A program made the position numbers and the translations under genes. A stretch of 64,000 nucleotides of DNA from Acidobacteriota bacterium (lineage in GTDB: Bacteria > Acidobacteriota > Thermoanaerobaculia > Thermoanaerobaculales > Thermoanaerobaculaceae). Within the stretch, counting starts at the first letter, position 1. Each line of letters starts with the position of its first letter. Positions 26,447 through 36,369 of the stretch are shown here, one piece after another. Location: contig PMLC01000163.1 of NCBI GenBank assembly GCA_003158745.1, positions 24,080 to 88,079 of the forward strand, read 5' to 3'. The notes under the pieces were generated by a model. That model was not told where the DNA came from and did not search any database. It saw nothing but the letters and a program-made list of their open reading frames with translations.

Positions 26447-28825
26447 TCAGGTGCGCAAAGTGGTATGGCGGTTTAGGGCCAGGAGAGCGAACACGACGGT
26501 CGGAGTCCACGATGCGAGCGCCGGTGGCAGCAGCGCCGCCTCGCCCAGCCTGGTCACGAACGCCATCAGGCCGAAGTAGGCCATGCCCAGAACAAGCGCC
26601 AACGCAACCCCTCCGATCGTGCTTCGGCTGTGTCCCGGCCGGAACGCGAATGGCAACGATAACCACACCAGCAGGACCATGCTAAGGGGGTAGGCGATCT
26701 TCTGGTGTAACTGGACCACCAGCCGGTCGACGCGATACCCGGCAGCCCGGAGCGTCGCAATGTATGTTTTGAGCTCTCCGAGCCTCATTTGCTGCGGCCT
26801 ACGGAATTCTCGCCCGAAGTAGTCGGGCAGGACCGGGAGAGGCAGGTCCACCCGGCCTTTGTACGCTACGAACTCAGGGTTTGCATCCGACATGAACGTC
26901 CGCGACCAGGCACCATCTGCCTGCCAGTGGCCATCGCGGAAAGTGGCACGCGTGGCCATGTACCGCGTCCGAAGGTTGAACCCGGCGTCGAAGAGGAACA
27001 CGGACGGCCGGATGAGGGAGTCGGTGTCCGGATCAAACTCGAGGAAGTTCACGAGGGTGCGACCGTCCGGAAGAAACACGAAAGGCCGATCCGTGGCGCG
27101 ATACGATCTGGCCACCTGTTTGCCCCTGATGACGTCCTCGAGCACCTGCTTCGACTTCTCGGCCCTCTGTGTGATGTTGTCGTCGAGAAGGAACAGAGCC
27201 ACTCCGCTCGCGAGGGCAAGAAGGAGAAGGGGAAGCGCCACACGGTTCAGGGAGATGCCGGCGGCTTTGAACGCGGTTGTCTCGTTACGCCGCTCCAGCA
27301 CCGCGGCAGTGGCCAGGAATGCGATCAGGAAGGCGAGGGGGAGGGTGTCATGGAGAATCTGAGGTAGGGAGAGGACGTAGAACGAGACGACGGTCATAAG
27401 GGGCACCGCGTTCCGGCGAATGTCATCGACGTTTTCCGAGATGTTAACGGCCACCCAGAGGGCGCAGATCGCCACCACGACCAGCACGAAGAAGCTAATG
27501 CACTGACGAAGCAAATACCGATCCAGCACACCGAGTGGGGCGCGGAGACGCGACCCGTTGGTGCCCCGCGCTTCGCTACCGGAGCCATCGGACGGCGCGA
27601 CGAAACGGCGCACTGCCCTAACCAGCGAGCGGAACGGCCTTACGACTGTGTTTGCGAATCCGCTCACGATCCGGGGGAGCAAGTGGGAGGCAAGACCAGT
27701 CTTTTCACCCTTCGACGCTCGCCTGAACAGGGCGGCGGCAAGAGTCAACAAGACGAGGTTGGGCAGCCACATCGCCAGTATTACCGGGACCTTGCCGCCG
27801 CTAGCGAGGAGCTCACCGTTGTTGAGCATGACGTAGTACGCCACGACGATCGCCACCGATGCCGTCAATCCAAACCCTTTGCCGCCACGCCGGTTGCGGA
27901 TCCCGAGTGGGAAAGCTACAAAGGCGAAGACGATCGCTGCGGCCGGGATAGCGACGCGCTTGTTCAGTTCGACGCTGGCCTCGCGCGCGTCCTCAACTGT
28001 GGTCTCGCCGCCATCCGAGCGCAACCTGGCGATGAGATCCGTCGTGAGCGTCTCGCGGACGCTGAGGTGCACACGCTGGGTGACGTCAACCGAAGGTTGT
28101 CGAAGACGGATCTTCAGCTCGTTGTTATCGTTCTTCCGATACGAGTCCGGCTCGTTAGGTCGGAGTTGATGCGTCGTGGTGTCCTGTAGGTCAAGCCACG
28201 CGCTGCCGTCCCGGGGATCCACAACCATGTCGCCGGAGTCGGCGGTGACAAGGCTCTCCTGCAGAGGATCGGTCAGGTCGAAGAGGAGAATACCGTGCCA
28301 ACGGCCGGTCCCGCGGTCGATCTTGTCGACGTACAAGAGCTGATTTGGGAAACCCTCTGCGAACACGCGCTGCTCGACCGCCGCCGTGGCCGCCGAAAAA
28401 GCGACCTTACGAGTCACCTCGGACAGTTGGGCATTCGCGCGCGGCATCACGGCCAGGACCAGCACCAGGTCGACACCGCAGACAAAGCCGGAGAGCGCAA
28501 TGAGAGGCCTCGACACGCGCCGCAAGGGGATCCCGCACGCCTGCATCGCAATGAGCTCGGAGTCAGCGGCCCATCGGGCCGAGGTGATCAGGACGGCAAA
28601 CAGGGTTCCTATGGGAAGCGTCAACGCCAAGATGTTCGGCACCCCGAGCAGGAGGAGCCGCAAACCGGTAGGGACGTCCACGTTTCGCGAGATGAATAGA
28701 TCAGCCAGGACGAACATCGCCCGGATGAGAAGCAGAAACGTCGTCACGCCTGAGGCCAGGAGCAGGGTCGGGAGCATCTCCCGAACAAGGGCGCGTGTCA
28801 CGACGAATCTGTGGGCGGTGCGCAT
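26447..28825 (-). CDS. Fused LptF-LptG LPS export permease (two YjgP/YjgQ modules)
   Basis: ORF trimmed to ATG 28823-28825. The N-terminal module starts RFVVTRALVREMLPTLLL. The second module starts about residue 440 of the trimmed protein (LDRYLLRQCISFFVLVVV). Each has the TM3-periplasmic domain-TM3 layout. Confidence 0.75.
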   Translation of the reverse strand: MRTAHRFVVTRALVREMLPTLLLASGVTTFLLLIRAMFVLADLFISRNVDVPTGLRLLLLGVPNILALTLPIGTLFAVLITSARWAADSELIAMQACGIPLRRVSRPLIALSGFVCGVDLVLVLAVMPRANAQLSEVTRKVAFSAATAAVEQRVFAEGFPNQLLYVDKIDRGTGRWHGILLFDLTDPLQESLVTADSGDMVVDPRDGSAWLDLQDTTTHQLRPNEPDSYRKNDNNELKIRLRQPSVDVTQRVHLSVRETLTTDLIARLRSDGGETTVEDAREASVELNKRVAIPAAAIVFAFVAFPLGIRNRRGGKGFGLTASVAIVVAYYVMLNNGELLASGGKVPVILAMWLPNLVLLTLAAALFRRASKGEKTGLASHLLPRIVSGFANTVVRPFRSLVRAVRRFVAPSDGSGSEARGTNGSRLRAPLGVLDRYLLRQCISFFVLVVVAICALWVAVNISENVDDIRRNAVPLMTVVSFYVLSLPQILHDTLPLAFLIAFLATAAVLERRNETTAFKAAGISLNRVALPLLLLALASGVALFLLDDNITQRAEKSKQVLEDVIRGKQVARSYRATDRPFVFLPDGRTLVNFLEFDPDTDSLIRPSVFLFDAGFNLRTRYMATRATFRDGHWQADGAWSRTFMSDANPEFVAYKGRVDLPLPVLPDYFGREFRRPQQMRLGELKTYIATLRAAGYRVDRLVVQLHQKIAYPLSMVLLVWLSLPFAFRPGHSRSTIGGVALALVLGMAYFGLMAFVTRLGEAALLPPALASWTPTVVFALLALNRHTTLRT

Positions 28826-28833
28826 CCGGCGCG

Positions 28834-28862
28834 ATGTTACGGGAGACGCCGCATTTTGCCAA
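28834..28862 (-). promoter_or_regulatory. Candidate lptFG promoter (near-leaderless)
   Basis: Minus strand reads TTGGCA (28862-28857), 17-nt spacer, TAACAT (28839-28834), then 8 nt to the ATG. Confidence 0.55.
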
Positions 28863-29069
28863 CCTGGAGACTGGCAGGCGGAGGTCGCCGTCCATTCCAC
28901 AGGGATATCCGCAGGTCGGCCGAATTCCACAGGCTGCTCGTGGCATACAATGTCCGATAAGATATATTATGTTAAATTCCAGTTCCAAATCACAGCCGGA
29001 TCAAACAACTCGCCACCTTACCTCCCATCCAGTCCCCGTCTCCTTGCCTCGAAAAGGCGCTGTCGCTCC

Positions 29070-30005
29070 CTAGTCCGAGGTTTCGTTTTCCTGCGATACC
29101 AGACGGCCATCGAGGTCACCCGAGCGCAACTGGTCGAGGAGGGTCTCAAGAGTCGCGATGACCTCGTCTCGAGTCACGCCGGGTTCCCGAATGGAAAGAG
29201 AGAGACGGATGGGCGCACTTGGGGTTGTTTGCAGGCGGATCCGCACAGTTCGGAATCTCCCCTGCTCGGGAGTCGGTGCTCGTGGGTCGTCAGCTGGGGA
29301 GAGCGGAGCTCCGTCCTCTGATTCCGGCTGACTGGCCTGAGCGGCCAAGCGCGCGGCCTCGCGGTCGAGGTGTCCCTCCGCAATCTCCTGAACGAGTCTC
29401 TCCATATCGGGGATCGTCCGCGCCCGGGCGATGAGGAGCAGAACCGACTTGGCGGTGATGTCGGCATGCCGACAAAGGTCCTGTATCGCTGGGGGTATCG
29501 CGAGTAGCTTGAGGGTCTCGGTGACCGTCGTTCTTGACTTCCCAATGCTGGATGCCACCTCGTCGTGCGTGTACGAGTACTTGTGGACGAGAGTGCGGTA
29601 CCCCTCGGCCTCTTCGAACGGTGAGAGGTCCTTGCGCTGGAGGTTTTCGACGAGGGCGAGTTCGAGTGCCTCCTGATCGGTTGCGGAGATCTCGATACAA
29701 GGAACTTCTTCGAGGCCGGCCTCGATGGCAGCCTGGAATCGCCTCTCTCCTGCAATCAGCTGGTAGCTCTTTGTTCCGGCCATGGGACGGACCAGCAAGG
29801 GCTCGAGGATTCCCCGTGAGCGAATCGACTCGGCGAGCTCCGAGAGGTCTCCGAGGTTTGACCGTGGTTGCTCCCGATTTGTTTCGATCTTTTGGACCGG
29901 GATCATCATTCCAATCGCGGCTATGGACTGGTTCGCCAGCTCCTCGACAAAGTGACGGTCGTGGCGCATCTTGCGGAAATCGGGTAATCCCTTGCGGCTA
30001 GACAC
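29070..30005 (-). CDS. parB: Chromosome partitioning protein ParB/Spo0J
   Basis: ILEPLLVRP, LIAGERRFQAA, ENLQRKDLSPFEEAEGY, HTH region SIGKSRTTVTETLKLL. Confidence 0.9.
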   Translation of the reverse strand: MSSRKGLPDFRKMRHDRHFVEELANQSIAAIGMMIPVQKIETNREQPRSNLGDLSELAESIRSRGILEPLLVRPMAGTKSYQLIAGERRFQAAIEAGLEEVPCIEISATDQEALELALVENLQRKDLSPFEEAEGYRTLVHKYSYTHDEVASSIGKSRTTVTETLKLLAIPPAIQDLCRHADITAKSVLLLIARARTIPDMERLVQEIAEGHLDREAARLAAQASQPESEDGAPLSPADDPRAPTPEQGRFRTVRIRLQTTPSAPIRLSLSIREPGVTRDEVIATLETLLDQLRSGDLDGRLVSQENETSD

Positions 30006-30750
30006 GGGCCATCACCTCCTCGCAGAGAGCGTAGTACTCCAACGCCCCTGAGGACTGGGGCGCGTGCTCGAAGATGGAGGTACGATACGCAGGGCTCTCT
30101 TCGAGTCGAATGGATCTCGTCACCGCGGTGTGAAACACCTTGTCACCGAAAACCGAGCTGATCTGTTGGTGGATGTCTCGTGCAAGGACGGTTCTCCGGT
30201 CGTGGAGCGTAATCAGTACGCCCAGGAGCTGGAGGTCAGGGTTAGCCCGAACCTTGATCTTCTCGACCGTTTCGAGAAGGTCGTCGGTACCCTCCAGAGC
30301 AAAATAGGAAGACTGGATCGGTATGAGCAGGTGCGTCGCCGCGACCATTGCATTTACGGTGATCAGGCCCAGCGTCGGCGGGGTGTCGATGACGATGTAC
30401 TCGTAGCTGGGAACGACAACCTTGATCCGGTCCTTTAGACGAAAATGCGCGTCCAACTCTCCGACGAGGGCATTCTCGAGCTTGGCAAGAGCGATGCGCG
30501 AGGGCGCCACATCGAGCTTCTCAAGGTGCGTGGGTCGGATGATGTCTGGCATGGGCACACCTTCGACCAGTACGTCGTACATCGACCGTCCCAACGTATG
30601 CTGATCCACGAACGACATGGTGCTGTTGCCCTGCGGATCGAGGTCGATCAGAAGAGTGTGGACCCCTTTGTGCGCGAGCGCTGCGGCCAGGTTGATCGCA
30701 GTCGTGGTCTTGCCGACTCCGCCTTTTTGATTGGCAATCGTGATGATCAT
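29998..30750 (-). CDS. parA: Chromosome partitioning ATPase ParA/Soj
   Basis: MIITIANQKGGVGKTTTAINLAAALA deviant Walker A. 8-nt overlap with parB. Confidence 0.9.
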   Translation of the reverse strand: MIITIANQKGGVGKTTTAINLAAALAHKGVHTLLIDLDPQGNSTMSFVDQHTLGRSMYDVLVEGVPMPDIIRPTHLEKLDVAPSRIALAKLENALVGELDAHFRLKDRIKVVVPSYEYIVIDTPPTLGLITVNAMVAATHLLIPIQSSYFALEGTDDLLETVEKIKVRANPDLQLLGVLITLHDRRTVLARDIHQQISSVFGDKVFHTAVTRSIRLEESPAYRTSIFEHAPQSSGALEYYALCEEVMARV

Positions 30751-30845
30751 GGCTCCTCGTCAGTCCTGGGTCGGCTCGGACGGTGTCATGCGAATTTGAT
30801 TGACCAACCGGCCAAAGCGCGCCCCTGCGATCTGGCAACATCGGC

Positions 30846-30875
30846 ACTCTATCGAGTCCTTCGAAAGCCTGTCAA
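30846..30875 (-). promoter_or_regulatory. Candidate parAB promoter
   Basis: Minus strand reads TTGACA (30875-30870), 18-nt spacer, TAGAGT (30851-30846), about 95 nt upstream of the parA ATG. Confidence 0.5.
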
Positions 30876-31106
30876 CTGCAACCCTGGTGATTGGCGCGTC
30901 GCGAGCCCGTCGGCCGCACCTGTCCACTCCCCTCCTCGACCTGGACTCCGGTCCAAGCATCACCGCAGGGCCTGCCGTGAGCCGATGGTACGGGCCGGAT
31001 GCCCGACGACGCAGAACATCCTATTTGCCTAAGAACTCAGACGCGTATCTGCTGCGGGTGGTGAAACGCGGCCGAGCGCCGTCAGCGAAGTTCCGCGCGA
31101 TTCGAA

Positions 31107-31619
31107 TTACATCTTGTACTTACCCAGTTGCTCCGGCGTCAGAGACTCGAGCCATTCGCGGATCCGCGCTTCCTGGTCTTCGCCCTCTTGGAAGTCGAGG
31201 GCATGGGCCTCGCGGAAGACCGATTCCGCCACGCGGATCGGTGCTCCGCAGCGCAGCGCAAGAGCGATGGCATCCGACGGCCGAGCATCGACTTCGGTGA
31301 TCTGGCCGTTGCTGTTTCGCACCAAGACATTGGCATGAAAGGTGTTTTCAATCAACGAGTGGACTGCGACGCACTCTACGCGCGCTCCAAGTGCCGTGAC
31401 CACCGACCGGAGGAGGTCGTGGGTCATTGGGCGCGGAGTCGCGACGCCCTCGAGCTGGAGAGCGATCGCGTTGGCCTCGAAGACGCCGATCCAAATTGGA
31501 AGGAAGAGATTCTCGTCGGGCTTCTTGAGGATGACGATAGGTGTATTCGACACGGGATCCAGGATCAGACCCCGAATCTCCACGTCGAGCTGCGCGGACA
31601 GGTTCAAGTCGCTACCCAC
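31107..31619 (-). CDS. Bifunctional nuclease (BFN/DUF151) family protein
   Basis: PIVILKKPDENLFLPIWIGVFEANAIA...RPMTHDL...ARPSDAIALALR pattern of the BFN domain, with a short acidic C-terminal tail. Confidence 0.75.
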   Translation of the reverse strand: MGSDLNLSAQLDVEIRGLILDPVSNTPIVILKKPDENLFLPIWIGVFEANAIALQLEGVATPRPMTHDLLRSVVTALGARVECVAVHSLIENTFHANVLVRNSNGQITEVDARPSDAIALALRCGAPIRVAESVFREAHALDFQEGEDQEARIREWLESLTPEQLGKYKM

Positions 31620-31650
31620 ATCGTCAATGTCAGGCGGGAGACGACAAGTG

Positions 31651-32982
31651 TCAAGCGGCAGAGCCTTGGTCTCCGACCCGTTCGCCGAGGAGTGCGTGCG
31701 GCGTGGCTCCGGTGATGGTGACGGGGGCCAACTGGCCTTGGTTGATTCCCTTCCATGCAGGGACGTTTACCACCCGGTTGTCTGGTCCCCTCCCCTGCCA
31801 CCACCCGGATCCGCGTTTCGCCGGCCCGTCGATCAGAACCTCCACGCGATGGGCCATGAGGGCCTGATTGAGCGCGAGTTGAATAACGGACTGCGCGGCG
31901 AACAGGCGGGCCAGGCGGTTGCTTGCTACCTCCCTGGCGACGTGCTCGCCGTAACGCGCGGCAGGTGTGCGCGGTCGGGGAGAGTAGATGAAACCGTAGA
32001 GCTGACCGAATTTCACTTGAGAGACAAGGTCAAGCGTGGCCGAGAAGTCCTCCTCGGTCTCGCCCGGGAAACCGACGATCACGTCCGTCGAGAGAGTGAC
32101 ACCCGGCAACGCATCGCGCAACTTCGCGACCAACTCGAGGTACTGCTCGCGCGTGTAGCCGCGATGCATCCACTTCAGCACGGCACTTGACCCGGATTGG
32201 AACGGGACGTGGAGGTACGTCCCGAGCCTACGGGCCCGGGCGAGTTTCGCGATCAACGCATCCGTGAAGAACGCAGGGTGCGACGTGATGAACTGTGTGC
32301 ACCAGAGGCCCTCCACCGCGCTAACTGCGCCGAGAAGATCGCCGAGGTCCGCGCGCGTGGTAGGGCAGCGGTATGCGTTGATCGTCTGGCCCAGCAGCGT
32401 AACTTCCTTAGTCCCCTGGGCGGCGAGGTCCCGGACCTCTCCCACGATCTCCTCCATTCTTCGGCTCTTCTCGTGGCCTCGCGTGTATGGGACAACACAG
32501 AACGTGCAGTGCTGGTTGCAGCCGTGGATGGCCGTGACGTACTGGCGGGCCCCCGTGCCCCGGGCGATCAGGTGCGAATCGTAATCCTCCGTCTCCGGGA
32601 ACCCGGTAATGCTCACGCGGCGGCCGTCTGCAACCTCATCGAGGGCCGCGGAAAGCTGACCGATGCGGCCGGGACCCAGCACGAAGTTCAGCACAGGGCT
32701 CCTAGCCAGGAGCGTCGCCCCGTCCTGCTGGGCGACACAGCCACACAGCCCGACTACCTCAGGTTTGCCGCCTTCCTCCCGAGCACGTTTGAGCTCGCCC
32801 AGGCGGGAGAGCACCTTCTGCGCGGCCTTCTCTCGCACGGAACAGGTGTTGAGCAAGGCCACGTCGGCATCTTCGGCCCGGCCAGCTGCGCGGAGGCCGC
32901 GCGATTGCAGAGACCCTTCAAGCCGCAGGGTATCCAGCACGTTCATCTGGCATCCCCAGGTTTCGACAAAGTAAGTCTCCAA
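31651..32982 (-). CDS. miaB: tRNA-i6A37 methylthiotransferase MiaB
   Basis: ETWGCQMN N-terminal motif. Radical-SAM CNQHCTFC. TRAM C-terminus. No in-frame ATG or GTG is close to the conserved N-terminus. TTG 32980-32982 was chosen and is uncertain; the ORF is open to 33138. Confidence 0.8.
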   Translation of the reverse strand: METYFVETWGCQMNVLDTLRLEGSLQSRGLRAAGRAEDADVALLNTCSVREKAAQKVLSRLGELKRAREEGGKPEVVGLCGCVAQQDGATLLARSPVLNFVLGPGRIGQLSAALDEVADGRRVSITGFPETEDYDSHLIARGTGARQYVTAIHGCNQHCTFCVVPYTRGHEKSRRMEEIVGEVRDLAAQGTKEVTLLGQTINAYRCPTTRADLGDLLGAVSAVEGLWCTQFITSHPAFFTDALIAKLARARRLGTYLHVPFQSGSSAVLKWMHRGYTREQYLELVAKLRDALPGVTLSTDVIVGFPGETEEDFSATLDLVSQVKFGQLYGFIYSPRPRTPAARYGEHVAREVASNRLARLFAAQSVIQLALNQALMAHRVEVLIDGPAKRGSGWWQGRGPDNRVVNVPAWKGINQGQLAPVTITGATPHALLGERVGDQGSAA

Positions 32983-33157
32983 GCGCCAACGCCCCCCGAC
33001 TAAAGAGCACCTTTCTGAAGCATCACGCCGACTGCTGAGCGCAGTACTTTCTAGCGTCTTTTGGCCCCCGACGCAAGTCCGGACGGGATCCCTAGCGGCG
33101 TCACCCGCAGCCGCTGTTCCGAGGAAACCGGGCAACAACCCGCCAGACAGAACATCC

Positions 33158-33190
33158 GAAGGCCGCCCGGAGTCTGGCCGGCGGCCCTTC
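33158..33190 (-). terminator. GC-rich hairpin after the 33222 gene (weak terminator candidate)
   Basis: GAAGGGCCGCC-ggccagactccg-GGCGGCCTTC on the minus strand (one bulge). Only a weak T tract follows. Confidence 0.35.
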
Positions 33191-33221
33191 GACTAGTCGT
33201 TATGGTGTCCCGCGAGGACCC

Positions 33222-33947
33222 CTAGGTGGGGCCCACCGGCCGAGATGCCGTCGATGGGGTGCGCGTGGGCTTCGGGGTGGGACTCTTCGGCGGCCCTTGC
33301 GCACTCGAGGCCGATGTCGAGTCCGACGGGACCGGTGTGGCCTCATCCTCCAGCCCCCGGAACCAGCCGGGCAGCGCCCCGTCACGACGCGCGGCGTTGA
33401 GAACCTCGTCCGGCTGTTTTTGAGCCTGTTCCAGATCGGCGCGGGCTTTCTCAAGCGCCACTAAGGTCTTGTCCCAGTTTGGCTTGATGGTGGAGTCGCG
33501 ATAGACGGGATCGTCGTGGGCATAGAAATCGCGCTCGAGGCCGCTGGCCTGGGCCTCGAGGGTCTTCACTTCGGACCCGAGTCTGCGCGCACGCTGGAGA
33601 GCCGTGCGGTACCTCTGCTGCCACTTGGCCTTCTTCGCATCCTCAGCGCCGCTGGTGTTGACTGAAATGCCCCGCCCGGCCCCGCCCGGGGCTGCCGCGG
33701 ACATGGTCAGCTCGACGCCCGCCGCGAGCTGTTTGACGCTGTCGTTGGTCAACACTCGCGGGCCATTGGCCGGCAACCTCAACTTGATCCGTTTCGCGAC
33801 CTCGGCCAGCGAACTGCCCTGTGGCGGCGGTCCGGCCTCAGGTCTCGTCAGCAGGATAGTGACCGCAGGAGTGGGAGTCGGCTCTGGAGGCTCCATCGAG
33901 GCCGATGTCGCCTGAGCGGCCGCGAGGAGTAGCACCGGTATCATCAT
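33222..33947 (-). CDS. Secreted hypothetical protein with coiled-coil and Pro/Thr/Ser-rich tail
   Basis: Signal peptide MMIPVLLLAAAQATSA. GGGAGG RBS. No family recognised. Confidence 0.6.
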   Translation of the reverse strand: MMIPVLLLAAAQATSASMEPPEPTPTPAVTILLTRPEAGPPPQGSSLAEVAKRIKLRLPANGPRVLTNDSVKQLAAGVELTMSAAAPGGAGRGISVNTSGAEDAKKAKWQQRYRTALQRARRLGSEVKTLEAQASGLERDFYAHDDPVYRDSTIKPNWDKTLVALEKARADLEQAQKQPDEVLNAARRDGALPGWFRGLEDEATPVPSDSTSASSAQGPPKSPTPKPTRTPSTASRPVGPT

Positions 33948-33968
33948 TGTCTGCGCCTCCCGGACGCG

Positions 33969-34334
33969 CTACGGTTCAGTAGTGCCTTCCCGTCCGTATC
34001 GGTCCTCGAGGCGAACGACGTCGTCGATCTCGGGCGTCGACACCTCGATAATCCGGACATCCGTCAGGGCCACCAACCGGTGGACAAGGCCGGCCGGGAT
34101 CCGGACCGTGCTTCCGGGGGCCAGGATGACGGCTATAAGCTCTCGGTCCCCGGGGGTCTGTCCCCAGTGCAGCTCGCAGCTTCCCGACAGCACCCGCATC
34201 GTTTCGTCCTTCGCCACATGATACTGCAGCGACAGAGCGTGCCCGGCCCTGATCGTCAGGATCTTGCCGACATACCGGTCGGTTTCGGCGAAGATCTCCT
34301 CGCCTCCCCACGGCTTCTCGACTGAGCGCGTCAC
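33969..34334 (-). CDS. Cupin-domain protein (mannose-6-phosphate isomerase type II C-terminal-like)
   Basis: KPWGGEEIFAETDRYVGKILTI..G..LSLQYH..KDET cupin motif. 4-nt overlap with ptsI. Confidence 0.7.
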   Translation of the reverse strand: MTRSVEKPWGGEEIFAETDRYVGKILTIRAGHALSLQYHVAKDETMRVLSGSCELHWGQTPGDRELIAVILAPGSTVRIPAGLVHRLVALTDVRIIEVSTPEIDDVVRLEDRYGREGTTEP

Positions 34335-36103
34335 AGGCGGATCCTCACCTTCAGGTGCGAGAGTAGCCCCGACAACTGCTCAAGGAGATACTCCTCCACC
34401 TCCTTGGCTGTGGCCATTGCGAGCGCCTTCTGCGCGATCCGGCGGGCCTCGCGCAACGAGAGATTGCGCACCAGGCTCCGTACAACGGGCAGCGCCGGCG
34501 GGTGCATGGAGAACTCTCTGAGGCCGAGCCCGACGAGAACAGGCACGGCCAGGGGATCGGCTGCCATCTCGCCGCAAAGCGAAACCGGGATCCCGAAGCG
34601 GTCTCCGACTGAAATCACGCGCGACACGAGTCGAAGCACGGCCGGGTGAAACGGCCGGAAGAGGTTGGCGACCTGCTCGTTGCCGCGGTCCACCGCCAGC
34701 GTGTACTGCGTTAGGTCGTTTGTCCCAATCGCGAAAAAATCGACCTCGGCGGCAAGGTGCTCGGCGTTCATGGCGGCGGCCGGAACCTCGACCATCGCGC
34801 CCAACACAACGGTCTCTGGGACAGGTCGTTTCTCCGCCCGCAGTTCCTCGCTGTAGCGCCTCAACAGCACCCGGACCGTCTTGACCTCCTCCACGTGCCC
34901 GATCAGCGGGACCATGATCCGGAGGGCGCCAGGGTGGGAGCCGGCAGCACGGAGCAGGGCGCGGAGCTGGGTGCGGAAGAACTCGGGCTTCTGGAGGCAC
35001 AGGCGCACGCCCCGCAGACCGAGAACCGGATTGGCCTCAGGGTTGCCCAGGACTTCGCGTGCCAGTTTCCTTCCCCCGAGGTCGAAGGTCCGCACGGTGA
35101 CGGGGCCCTGAGGGAACGCCTCGAGCAGCTCCTCGTACGCTGCGGTTTGCTGGTCCTCGCCGGGAAGGTCAGGGCTTGCTTGAAGGAAGAGGAACTCGCT
35201 TCGGAACAACCCGATCCCCTCGGCACCGCCCGACCTTGCAGCCGCGATCTCGTGCACGAGATCGATGTTGGCCAGCAGGCGGATGTCGTGGCCGTCCAGC
35301 GTACGGGCCGGAAGGTGAGCGAGTCCGAGCAGCTCCTCTTGTCGCCGCCGATGCTCCTCCGCCCGCAAGCTGTAGACCTGGATCAGCGCCGGATCCGGGT
35401 CAATCAGGACATGTCCTTCGAAACCGTCCACAATCACGAGGTGCGCCGTTTCGGCTTCCCGGACCAACCCAGTCACGCCGACTACGGCGGGAATCCCCAG
35501 AGACTTGGCGATGATCGTCGTGTGCGAGGTCTGACCGCCCGTCTCCGACGCGAACCCGCTCACCCCGTGGCTCGCAAGTCTGATCGCCTGGGAGGGCGGA
35601 ATGTCGTCGGCAAGCAGGATCCCAGCGTCTGCGTCCTTGTCGATCGCGGGGGTGACGCGGCCCTGCAGAGCCCGTTGTAGCTCGAGTGCAACGTCTAGGA
35701 CGTCGGTGCGGCGTTCGCGCAGGTAGAGGTCGCCGAGCTGCTCGAACTGCGCGACCAACCGATGCGTGACCTGTTCGAGGGCCCACTCTGCGTTTACCGC
35801 TTCCTGGCGGATCAGCTTCTCAACCTCGTCCAGGAACAGTGGATCATCGAGAATCAGCCGGTGAGCCTCCAGGATGGAGACGAACTCCGCCCCGACCTTC
35901 TTGGAGGCGTGTTTCGCCAGTTGAGCGAGGTGCTGCCCGGCGCGGGCCGTTGCCTCTCGGAGTTTTCGGACCTCTGGCTCGATCTGGGCATCGGAGAGAG
36001 GCATGCGCACGACTGGCAGCGGCCGGTTCTCGACCACCAGTGGCCTGCCGATGGCGATCCCCGGGGAGACACCAACACCAATCAGAGTCTTGGAGTCGCT
36101 CAC
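34331..36103 (-). CDS. ptsI: PEP-protein phosphotransferase (PTS Enzyme I)
   Basis: 590 aa. GGQTSHTTIIAKSLGIPAV phosphohistidine region. C-terminal PEP-binding FFAIGTNDLTQY. Confidence 0.9.
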   Translation of the reverse strand: MSDSKTLIGVGVSPGIAIGRPLVVENRPLPVVRMPLSDAQIEPEVRKLREATARAGQHLAQLAKHASKKVGAEFVSILEAHRLILDDPLFLDEVEKLIRQEAVNAEWALEQVTHRLVAQFEQLGDLYLRERRTDVLDVALELQRALQGRVTPAIDKDADAGILLADDIPPSQAIRLASHGVSGFASETGGQTSHTTIIAKSLGIPAVVGVTGLVREAETAHLVIVDGFEGHVLIDPDPALIQVYSLRAEEHRRRQEELLGLAHLPARTLDGHDIRLLANIDLVHEIAAARSGGAEGIGLFRSEFLFLQASPDLPGEDQQTAAYEELLEAFPQGPVTVRTFDLGGRKLAREVLGNPEANPVLGLRGVRLCLQKPEFFRTQLRALLRAAGSHPGALRIMVPLIGHVEEVKTVRVLLRRYSEELRAEKRPVPETVVLGAMVEVPAAAMNAEHLAAEVDFFAIGTNDLTQYTLAVDRGNEQVANLFRPFHPAVLRLVSRVISVGDRFGIPVSLCGEMAADPLAVPVLVGLGLREFSMHPPALPVVRSLVRNLSLREARRIAQKALAMATAKEVEEYLLEQLSGLLSHLKVRIRL

Positions 36104-36369
36104 TCCGACTCCCCGAAGCGTTCTCGAATCAAGAGGTCAAGGGACTCCAGCGCAGCCCTTTCGTCTGTTCCGGACGCCGTTATCGTCAGCGTCGAACCGC
36201 AAGGCGCCGCGAGAAGGAGGAGTCCCAAAATCGACTTGCCGTTCACCTCCTCGTCGCTGAAGCGGACCAGCACCTGTGCGCTGAATCGCGAGGCTGTGTG
36301 AACGAACTTGGCGGCTGCACGCGCGTGAAGCCCCAAGCGGTTGATGAGCTCAACCTTGAGCTGGGCCAT
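36100..36369 (-). CDS. ptsH: Phosphocarrier protein HPr
   Basis: NRLGLHARAAAKF (His15 region) and NGKSILGLL (Ser46 region). Confidence 0.9.
   Translation of the reverse strand: MAQLKVELINRLGLHARAAAKFVHTASRFSAQVLVRFSDEEVNGKSILGLLLLAAPCGSTLTITASGTDERAALESLDLLIRERFGESE

Noticed and set aside
28940-28990. The A/T-rich stretch downstream of parB as the lptFG promoter.
   Set aside because: Its -35/-10 candidates have poor spacing. A much better TTGGCA-17-TAACAT promoter lies directly before the ATG at 28834-28862. The A/T-rich block is kept only as a possible regulatory or UP-like region.
28826-31106. A parS centromere site near parAB.
   Set aside because: I looked for the TGTTTCACGTGAAACA-type palindrome and found only isolated half-like strings (for example GTGAAAC near 31060), with no inverted partner. 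An eye search cannot exclude a divergent parS.
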